Source of the DNA: a virus
Length of the DNA: 64,000 nt
Reading direction: 5' to 3' (one strand)
IMG/VR virus record: IMGVR_UViG_3300047470_000115
Span: 1 to 64,000 of that record
Under the pieces are notes generated by a model. It had not been told where the DNA came from. It did not search any database and was given only the letters and a program-made list of their open reading frames with translations. Below are positions 47,703 through 54,823 of the stretch, in pieces. The translations under genes and the position numbers were made by a program. Position 1 is the first letter of the stretch. Each line of letters starts with the position of its first letter.

Positions 47703-47761
47703 AAATAGAAAAAGCGAGACTACGCCCAACCAGTCGCGAGGACCGGTTGGGCGTAGTCTCG
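47703..47761 (-). terminator. Rho-independent terminator after the SSB-like gene
   Basis: 17-bp IR CGAGACTACGCCCAACC / GGTTGGGCGTAGTCTCG, then CTTTTTCTATTT on the minus strand. Confidence 0.88.
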
Positions 47762-47771
47762 TATGAAGTTG

Positions 47772-49217
47772 TTACGTCCAGGGCAGGGCGCCTTCGGTTT
47801 CATCCGCAGGCTCTTCGTACTGATCCACGCCAGGCTCTGCGAAGCCCTGGGGCGGACCGGGTACTTCTGCTGCCCAGACGGGCATGCTACTGCTTACCGC
47901 ACCCCCCGCACCGTCGGGCACGACTTCAGCGACCTGTACGGCTTGCGGCATGCCCATTGGAGCGAAGGGAATGCCGCTTGACGCGCGGGCCGGTGAAGGT
48001 GCACTCTGTGCGGGGGGCGGAGGTGCAGCTGCCGTTGCGACCGGGGTTCCGGAGGGCTGTCCGGTCTGGACCGGCGCGGCGGCGGGCTGCGGTTGCGGAG
48101 CAGGCTGTACCTGCTGTGCTGGAGCAGGCGTCTGTTGTGCCATGTACTGCGGTTGCGGTTGCTGCTGCTCTTGCTGCGGCTGCGGTTGCGTGGGTGCAGT
48201 ATTCGGAACCACACTCCCCTGAATGGTCTGATGACCACCCATGAGGCGGGCCAACGGGTCGGGGGCTCCCGACGAGACGAGCTCCTTCACCCGACTGGGC
48301 GGCGGCGCACTTCGGCGACCTCCACCCATCGAGGACGGGTCTACGCCGTCCTTCAGTTCGTCGACACTCATGACGAAGTTCGGGTCCTCCGAGCGCGGCG
48401 GCTGGAGGCCGTTGACCGCGTGCTCCTTGTCTTCGGCTTCGATGATGATGTTCTTGGTGAAGTCACGCATCTGCGAGAATTGACCCGACAGTGCAGCCCA
48501 GTGGTCTGCAGGAATCGTTCCGGTCACCTCGACACGCGGGGTGCAGAACTGCACTTCCCCGCTGGTGTGCATATCGAGCGCAAGGTTGACCATGAACTGG
48601 TACGGCGACGCGTTCTTGCCGCTGCTGAACACCTTCCTGAAGAACTTCTTCATCGGCTTGATGCCCGCGCCCTTGATAGACAGGAACGCGGTGACCGGCT
48701 GCTCTGCACCAGGGGGCTGGTACATCACATACACGTTCATGATCAGGCCGCACGCCGGACGGCTGCCGTCGCTGCCCCAGATCTGGAAACTGCACTTCGT
48801 GCAGTCCAGAATCACCCGGTTGTAAACCGGGTTTACCTGGGCCTTTGTCGGCTCGAAGACGCTCGTGTTCCAGGGGAACAGGACCGGCTTCTCGACGTCC
48901 GTGTTGGGCTGGCCGTGCTCGTTGTCGTTCGACCTGCACTGAGGCATTTCGTCCGACTTGAAGCCCTGGCCTGGCTTGGTGGGCTTCCACATGACGCGCG
49001 AGTAGCTGAAGCCGAGGATCACGACGTTCGCGAGAATGTCGTACTCGGTGTCGCTGACGGACTCGACGAATCGGCCGTCCTTGTGGTTGATCCTGAGTCG
49101 GGGATAACCTCCCTCCTCAAGTTCATCCATGCCGGTTTCGAGGTCTTCCGGCACACCACCCGCGTGCTGCTTTACGAGTTCAGACCCAACCATCGAGTCT
49201 TCGACGGGTACGCTCAA
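47772..49217 (-). CDS. Putative ssDNA-binding protein with Zn motif and long Pro/Gln-rich tail
   Basis: PRLRINH...SRVMW...CRSND...CTKC...PACG OB-like core; acidic C-terminus ending GALPWT; high GC3. Confidence 0.65.
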   Translation of the reverse strand: MSVPVEDSMVGSELVKQHAGGVPEDLETGMDELEEGGYPRLRINHKDGRFVESVSDTEYDILANVVILGFSYSRVMWKPTKPGQGFKSDEMPQCRSNDNEHGQPNTDVEKPVLFPWNTSVFEPTKAQVNPVYNRVILDCTKCSFQIWGSDGSRPACGLIMNVYVMYQPPGAEQPVTAFLSIKGAGIKPMKKFFRKVFSSGKNASPYQFMVNLALDMHTSGEVQFCTPRVEVTGTIPADHWAALSGQFSQMRDFTKNIIIEAEDKEHAVNGLQPPRSEDPNFVMSVDELKDGVDPSSMGGGRRSAPPPSRVKELVSSGAPDPLARLMGGHQTIQGSVVPNTAPTQPQPQQEQQQPQPQYMAQQTPAPAQQVQPAPQPQPAAAPVQTGQPSGTPVATAAAPPPPAQSAPSPARASSGIPFAPMGMPQAVQVAEVVPDGAGGAVSSSMPVWAAEVPGPPQGFAEPGVDQYEEPADETEGALPWT

Positions 49218-49349
49218 GGTTTCCTGCCTTGTTTGATCCGATATGGACTGGTGTTTTGTCTCAGCGTAAACCGCTCGAAGCGGCGTGTACCCCGAAGAGT
49301 ACGACGTCGCCCACCACTTGACGACCCCAAGGCGCTACCCTCGCAGTCG

Positions 49350-49643
49350 CTAGTGATAAGCGACGATCCCAACCCGGAAGCACCAATCGACAAGGTCTGC
49401 TTCAGACACTCGCCATTCGGGCTGCCGATCCTTTGGGGCTATATTTACCGCCTTAAGGCGGTCGCCGTTCGCAAGGTAACTACCCTCGCTCCTGCCCCAA
49501 AAGTATATGTAGTTATTCTCCAGCTCGGGCTGCGTCAACGCCAGCAGTCCGGCGACTTGGTCCATGGTGTACAGAAAGGGTCGCACCGGAAGGCCGACCT
49601 TTTGCGCTTTGGCCAACCTACTCGATGTGCGACCCTGACTCAC
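49350..49643 (-). CDS. HTH DNA-binding protein
   Basis: PFLYTMDQVAGLLAL...WRVSEADLVDW, MerR/Xis-like; has its own promoter. Confidence 0.75.
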   Translation of the reverse strand: MSQGRTSSRLAKAQKVGLPVRPFLYTMDQVAGLLALTQPELENNYIYFWGRSEGSYLANGDRLKAVNIAPKDRQPEWRVSEADLVDWCFRVGIVAYH

Positions 49644-49687
49644 GAGACCCCCAGGTCGATCTGGACGCCCCCGCTATGAGTAGTGCT

Positions 49688-49722
49688 ACCATAGCAAACG
49701 GGCTCGTCTTTGTCAAACGGGC
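49688..49722 (-). promoter_or_regulatory. Consensus promoter overlapped by a direct-repeat operator
   Basis: TTGACA-N17-TATGGT; GCCCGTTTG repeated at 49695-49703 and 49714-49722. Confidence 0.75.
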
Positions 49723-49730
49723 AAACTCTC

Positions 49731-50780
49731 CTAGCGCCGATGGAACCCGTGGAGCTCTTTGGTGGCAGCTCCGCGTGCACTACGCCCCTGATTCGAGATC
49801 AGGGCTGCAATGCCCTGCTCGATACCTTCAGGCGTGTATCCACCGAACCGGTGAGGTCCCGTTTGATGCACTGCGAATCCTACCTCAGACCATCGCTTGA
49901 GGACATTCGTAATCGCGCCGGTCGATGGCGGGTTATCAACGTTGATCGCTCTTGCGATCTCGGTGACGGTGAGCTCTGTCACCTCGACCATGAGACCGAT
50001 GGTGTACTTGTCGCACACCTCCTTGACCTCACGCTCCAGCTGGCCAGCCTTGCGAAGGTTCTTGGACTCAACCTCGGGAGCCACACCCTCGCGGAGCGAC
50101 AGGCCCATGTGCTTGAGGCCGGTCGCGAGCGCCTGCTCCTCACTGACACTGTTGGACGCGCGCCGACCAGACTCCACGTAGTCCGGATTCGGCGGCAGAA
50201 TGCCCACCTTGATGGCCCGACGCACACGCATCTGATCCTTGGTCAGCTCGCCCTTCTCGGCGAGCTCCTCCTCGCGCTGGTTGGCAGTCACCGTGGGCGC
50301 AACCTCGGATGCAGCCTGCGCTCGATTGAGGCCGTAGCTCGGGTCATCCCAGGGTCGCACGAAGTGCTCGACGGGAACGATGCCCTCGTCGTCCTCTCTC
50401 CACCACTTGCCGGTGAACCAGATGCGCTCGCCCGGTTCCCACGCGATGGACGTAAAGAACTCCGGCTGGCGGGCGACCCTCTCCACCACATCGGGGGTAG
50501 TATCGCACATCTCCGCGAGCAGGTCCACCTCCAGGCCGGTGACCGACCCCTTAATGATGCGGAGGATCGCCTTTCGTTCGAGCTTCATCACGCGAGTGAT
50601 CACATCGTGGCAGCCACAGGCGCATGAGTGATGGGTATGAGTGCCGTGCAGGTGCGTGGTCCAATCCCCACGACAGAACTGCATCGGCTCGCCTCGGTAG
50701 TTCCGATTCTGCTCGGCCTCGTGATTGCCGTTCTGGCAAAAACCCGTCACGTACCCAGACGGCAAATTCTTAGTAGCCAC
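49731..50780 (-). CDS. Hypothetical DNA-binding protein (N-terminal Cys/His Zn motif, C-terminal winged HTH)
   Basis: GFC...H...C...CACGCH; LTVTEIARAINVDNPPSTGAITNVLKRW. Confidence 0.75.
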   Translation of the reverse strand: MATKNLPSGYVTGFCQNGNHEAEQNRNYRGEPMQFCRGDWTTHLHGTHTHHSCACGCHDVITRVMKLERKAILRIIKGSVTGLEVDLLAEMCDTTPDVVERVARQPEFFTSIAWEPGERIWFTGKWWREDDEGIVPVEHFVRPWDDPSYGLNRAQAASEVAPTVTANQREEELAEKGELTKDQMRVRRAIKVGILPPNPDYVESGRRASNSVSEEQALATGLKHMGLSLREGVAPEVESKNLRKAGQLEREVKEVCDKYTIGLMVEVTELTVTEIARAINVDNPPSTGAITNVLKRWSEVGFAVHQTGPHRFGGYTPEGIEQGIAALISNQGRSARGAATKELHGFHRR

Positions 50781-51704
50781 TCACGCACTCCTCTGATCCT
50801 CGTCGTGCCCTTCGAGTGCGGCTCGAAGTTCGCTCTGCTTGATATCGACATAAACAGCGGCACTGCGTATGTCTCTCTGTCGCAGTACCCGTTGAACCAG
50901 TAGTAGACTCTTGCTCTTGTCGTACACCCTCGTGCCAACCGTATGCCGTCCCGAGTGTGAACCCTCCGACCCGTCGGTCTTGGTCGGCCGCCCTAACGCC
51001 AGTTCAAGAAGCTCGCTCCACCACAGTCGAGCGGTGCGATCGGCTGCACTGATAATCGAAGATCGACCCTCATTCTCGGCAGTCATCGCAGCCATGAACA
51101 GGGGTCGGCGAGCCTTCTTCGGGATCGGGTAGCGCTTGACCTGGCCACCCTTGCCGATCATAATCAGTTCCCAGTTCACGAAGTCGAGCTGCTCGGGTGC
51201 GATCGACCTCGCCTCACTGATGCGGAAGGCCATGTAGCCCGTGAAGGCTACGAGTGCCTCCTTCTCGTTGTGGCCGTCAGCCTTCTCCATCATCTTGTCT
51301 ATGGTGGCATCGCCACCCTCGACCGGGTGAGGCTTCCCGTCCGGTGACGAAGGCTGCTTGTAATCCTTGAGGGGCTCCACCATCCCCAGCGAGGCCATGA
51401 ATCGCCGGAACCCAGCCAGGTGACGAAGGCAGGACTTTACGCGCTCCGGATCGGCAGCCTCCTCGTTGAGGAACTCGGCGGCGATGAACTCCGCCTCCTC
51501 CTGGGAGACCTGTATCGAAAGCCGCTCACGCTCGACCTCGATCCACTTGAGGTCAAGTCGCTCCAGCTTCACCTGCATCAGGAGGAGCGTCAGCACCTTG
51601 GCGTCCGACTGATACGCCCTTCGGGTGTTGGGCTTTCTTCCTTGCGAAATCAGTTGACGTCGGAGACGCTCGAGTGAGTCGGTAGAGACCGTAAAATCCT
51701 TCAT
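50781..51704 (-). CDS. Tyrosine recombinase (Xer/integrase family)
   Basis: FRISEA (R), GKGG (K), SHSGRH (HxxR), AAVY (Y); core-binding N-terminus GRKPNTRRAYQSD. Confidence 0.85.
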   Translation of the reverse strand: MKDFTVSTDSLERLRRQLISQGRKPNTRRAYQSDAKVLTLLLMQVKLERLDLKWIEVERERLSIQVSQEEAEFIAAEFLNEEAADPERVKSCLRHLAGFRRFMASLGMVEPLKDYKQPSSPDGKPHPVEGGDATIDKMMEKADGHNEKEALVAFTGYMAFRISEARSIAPEQLDFVNWELIMIGKGGQVKRYPIPKKARRPLFMAAMTAENEGRSSIISAADRTARLWWSELLELALGRPTKTDGSEGSHSGRHTVGTRVYDKSKSLLLVQRVLRQRDIRSAAVYVDIKQSELRAALEGHDEDQRSA

Positions 51705-52119
51705 CTTCTGCCTGCCTAGCCCTTTCATCACGGCGCTTCACCTCGGGCAAGGCTGCTTCGACTGCTCGATTTACGGCGTCCTGAAGGGCTAGCAACTCTT
51801 CCTCAGTGCATCGGGACAGATTCGTTCGCATCGTGCGACCATCTGGCTGCGACGTCCAGCCGAACCACACGGCAGTCCCGGATTCGAGATTGCCATACTC
51901 GGCGTAGAGTTGTGCACCTTCAGCGCCTTCCTCGACCAGCCGAGCAGCTTCTTCCTCGAATCCCTCCCTTCCGGGGTCCTTGGCTTTGTCTACGACAATC
52001 ACGCCAGGGTAGAAATCGAGTTGGAACTGTCGACCCAGTGGAACTGCACTGAAGCCACCTAGGGGGCGCCTGCCCCCACCGTCTTTTTGATTACGCCTGC
52101 CAGGCTGATAGAGAGTCAC
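51553..52119 (-). CDS. Hypothetical protein overlapping the recombinase 5' end
   Basis: GTGA overlap with the upstream gene; natural-looking composition (NLSRCTEEELLALQDAVNRAVEAALPEV). Confidence 0.7.
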   Translation of the reverse strand: MTLYQPGRRNQKDGGGRRPLGGFSAVPLGRQFQLDFYPGVIVVDKAKDPGREGFEEEAARLVEEGAEGAQLYAEYGNLESGTAVWFGWTSQPDGRTMRTNLSRCTEEELLALQDAVNRAVEAALPEVKRRDERARQAEDEGFYGLYRLTRASPTSTDFARKKAQHPKGVSVGRQGADAPPDAGEAGAT

Positions 52120-52643
52120 TGCGCAGCACCCCTCGACTCTGCTTCACGGGCTCCAGGTGATGACCTGTATTCGGGGAGGTTGTATACCTCATCCTTCGCC
52201 ATGCAGCATGTCGGTTCAAGCACCACGTTGCGCCCGGAAGCGTCCGCCTCAAGGACGATGTAGCACTTCCAGGCACGAGTGCGAGACCGGACAGTCCGGC
52301 TCGCCTCGCCGAGTGGGTAGAAGATTACCTTCGAGACCATGATCTGACCCCGAGGGAACTGTCCACTGCACTCGTCACAGGTGACTTCACCCTTACCAAC
52401 CTTGGTGTGGCTGCGCTGCGGAATGTTCCACTCGTCAGACTTGCCGAGGCATTCCGGGCACAGCCAGTCAACCGTTCGAGACCTCTTCTGGCTCGACGGT
52501 TCACCAAGCATATGAAAGGCGACCTTCATCACGAAGATTTCAGATCGCCTCACGTCGTTGCCACACCTTGTGCACCTTTTCATGGTGTCACTGGCAGCAT
52601 TGACGGCCTTTTTTAGAGTCACCCGTACCTCGCTTGGGACCAT
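52116..52643 (-). CDS. Tandem Zn-finger protein (internal duplication)
   Basis: Two copies of CxxC...KV.F..LGE....RSRT..W.C. Confidence 0.75.
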   Translation of the reverse strand: MVPSEVRVTLKKAVNAASDTMKRCTRCGNDVRRSEIFVMKVAFHMLGEPSSQKRSRTVDWLCPECLGKSDEWNIPQRSHTKVGKGEVTCDECSGQFPRGQIMVSKVIFYPLGEASRTVRSRTRAWKCYIVLEADASGRNVVLEPTCCMAKDEVYNLPEYRSSPGAREAESRGAAQ

Positions 52644-52993
52644 TCGCCAACTTCCGAACGGAACCTTTTGCGACGCTCTTCAAGCATAGGCGCCCGAAGC
52701 ACTCCAGTGTGGCGACGAAGTTCGGCGTCGCTCAGTAGTGGAGCCAGACACATAATCGCAGCCAGGAGGGCGGGATCGTCTTCCTCGGATACAGTTTCTG
52801 TGTCGATGGGTTCTTTTGTTTGAGCGGCTACCCCGACAGGGGCGCTACTAAACTTGGGAACACCCTTTCGAATCGGTTTTACCTGCGCCGGTTCTGCTGT
52901 CAAGCGACGAGAGGCCCGCGCGGTTACCTTCTTGACTGGTTTGTCATTGGGGCATTCGCACGGGCTCTCACAGCAGATCAAGCATTCGTCCAT
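52619..52993 (-). CDS. Hypothetical protein
   Basis: GAGG RBS; N-terminal CLICCESPCEC. Confidence 0.65.
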   Translation of the reverse strand: MDECLICCESPCECPNDKPVKKVTARASRRLTAEPAQVKPIRKGVPKFSSAPVGVAAQTKEPIDTETVSEEDDPALLAAIMCLAPLLSDAELRRHTGVLRAPMLEERRKRFRSEVGEWSQARYG

Positions 52994-53042
52994 GACGACC
53001 TCACTAAATCCGCTTCGCATCGTTCCATGGTCGATTATAGAC

Positions 53043-53729
53043 CTATCCCCCGGTCGGGGCAAACCTATTCGGCTGAGCGGCAATTCGCTTAACCAAGGGA
53101 AGTTCGACGTTGTTGACCTCGGCGAGGAAGTCCGCATCCATACCGGCGCGCAGGCCCTTGATCAGGCGAGACAGAACCTTGCTGTCCAGCGCCTCGATCT
53201 TGAAGTCGAGAGGATGCTTGGTTACCGGCACCGCCTTGGCAGTGGTCACGCGGGTTCGGGCGCCAAGTTCCTGCACCGAGTGCGGTACCTCGCAGCCGGG
53301 CGTGGCACGCTTCGGGATCTCACCCTTGCGCATCTTCAGGCGCTCGGCACCTTCAGCCATCACGGCATGCGGCGACTTCCAGAACGGCTGGTCCATCAGG
53401 AAGATGCACTTGGCGATGCCGAGGATCTCGCCCTTGGCCTGCTCCTTCTGGGGCGGGTCAGTCTCGGGGTCAACTGCGCGGTCAACCGCCAGGTCGAGCT
53501 GGTCCCACTGCATCTCGCGAAGACTCTTACCAACGGGCATGAACTGTGATGCCTCTCGTGCTCCGAACGGGCAGGGCCCGTTGGTCTCATGCTTCAGGAG
53601 GATGCCGTCAGCCTCTTCTACGGAGCCAGCACACACGTAGAAGTTGCAGCTGATCGCACTGCAACTTACCGAGTACGGCCAACGAGCCGAATCGTACGTG
53701 TTAGTGAAACCGCGAGTGTTAACTGGCAT
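53043..53729 (-). CDS. Hypothetical protein (Zn motif, possible C-terminal HTH)
   Basis: C...C...H...C N-terminus; GMDADFLAEVNNVELPLVKRI. Confidence 0.7.
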   Translation of the reverse strand: MPVNTRGFTNTYDSARWPYSVSCSAISCNFYVCAGSVEEADGILLKHETNGPCPFGAREASQFMPVGKSLREMQWDQLDLAVDRAVDPETDPPQKEQAKGEILGIAKCIFLMDQPFWKSPHAVMAEGAERLKMRKGEIPKRATPGCEVPHSVQELGARTRVTTAKAVPVTKHPLDFKIEALDSKVLSRLIKGLRAGMDADFLAEVNNVELPLVKRIAAQPNRFAPTGG

Positions 53730-54084
53730 CCGTGGGACCGTCTTTCTGGGTGAACGTGAACGCCTTGCCGTCCTCGGTGCGGATGATGCCCCATGCTTCC
53801 AGCATGGTAGAGTACACGTCCCAGAGGTGCGACGCACGCAACTTGCGCACGTCATCCAGCTTCGGGTCCGGCTTGGGATCGTCAGGCGGTCCGTACTCGT
53901 CTACGATGTTGTTTGCGTACTGCAGGAGGATGCGACGAAGGTGCGTGTACCTGTGCTCCCAGGTGCGCTCCTCCCCCTGGATGGCCTCGTCATTCTCGAC
54001 CCACGGCTCTATGGCGGTGTTGCACGCCCAGAGGAGGTGCTTAAGGTGAGCCAATGCTCGATCCACCGTAATCTCCTGATCCAT
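53719..54084 (-). CDS. Hypothetical protein
   Basis: 121 aa, phage-like codon usage. Confidence 0.75.
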   Translation of the reverse strand: MDQEITVDRALAHLKHLLWACNTAIEPWVENDEAIQGEERTWEHRYTHLRRILLQYANNIVDEYGPPDDPKPDPKLDDVRKLRASHLWDVYSTMLEAWGIIRTEDGKAFTFTQKDGPTDAS

Positions 54085-54102
54085 TGCTAGCCCCTACCCC
54101 AT

Positions 54103-54146
54103 ACAAAGAGACCTGCACGGCAGCCTTGCGACTGCCGTGCAGGTCT
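54103..54146 (-). terminator. Intrinsic terminator
   Basis: 15-bp IR AGACCTGCACGGCAG / CTGCCGTGCAGGTCT, then CTTTGT on the minus strand. Confidence 0.75.
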
Positions 54147-54160
54147 TCGAACTTCTGATA

Positions 54161-54664
54161 CTACGCCGACCGCTGAAGCGAGGCCGCCTCGATGCGCGCC
54201 CTCACGTCGGGCGACACGCCCTGAAGTGCGTTGGACGACTTGGTGTTGCTACCCGAGTCGTTGTGGTCGTGCGCGAGGGGCTCGTGGTCGATCTTCTCAT
54301 GCTCGACCAGTGCCGCCTCGTCACTCATGCCGTTCACCTTGTCGAGCGACCAGCCGTGAGCGTCGGCAAGGTGGCGCCGCACCGTGGCCGCCTTGGCGGG
54401 GTGCAGGCTACGCTTGCTGACGAGACGAAGGCGTGTCTCGGTGGCCTCGAACCCGAGGATGTTCCCGCCCTCCACGAGGATGGGAACTCCGCGACCTCGC
54501 GGATTGAAGAACACCAGAGGGTCCTTGATGTTGACCTTGAGATTCTTGATCTCCCCCGTCTTGGAGACCTCTTCGTCGTCCTCGATGTATCGAAGAGTGA
54601 TGGTCTTGCCGACGTAGGGGACCAGCTGCTCAAGGTCGAACGATGTCTGAGTGTCGCCAGGCAT
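54161..54664 (-). CDS. Hypothetical protein
   Basis: GAGGAG RBS; VRRHLADAHGW...HEKIDHEPLAHDH His-rich motif. Confidence 0.8.
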   Translation of the reverse strand: MPGDTQTSFDLEQLVPYVGKTITLRYIEDDEEVSKTGEIKNLKVNIKDPLVFFNPRGRGVPILVEGGNILGFEATETRLRLVSKRSLHPAKAATVRRHLADAHGWSLDKVNGMSDEAALVEHEKIDHEPLAHDHNDSGSNTKSSNALQGVSPDVRARIEAASLQRSA

Positions 54665-54730
54665 CCCGTTTTCTCCTCATCGCCGAAGGCCGATCCGACT
54701 ACCATTGCTCGACAGTCTCTCAAGACTTGA

Positions 54731-54819
54731 CCGCCGTTACCGCTAGTATGCATATTACCGGAACACACCGCACTCAGCAAGCGAAATAAAACGGGGTGTT
54801 GCGGGTACGGTAACGGCGG
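54731..54819 (-). promoter_or_regulatory. Promoter bracketed by a 12-bp inverted repeat
   Basis: TTGCTG-N17-TAATAT (54780-54752); CCGCCGTTACCG (54731-42) / CGGTAACGGCGG (54808-19). Confidence 0.65.
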
Positions 54820-54823
54820 GCTC

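Noticed and set aside
48093-49679. 528-aa plus-strand ORF, and similar long antisense ORFs (13591..14841, 14639..15799, 23404..24636, 24279..25688, 34546..35772)
   Set aside because: Shadow frames opposite high-GC3 genes that have clear motifs
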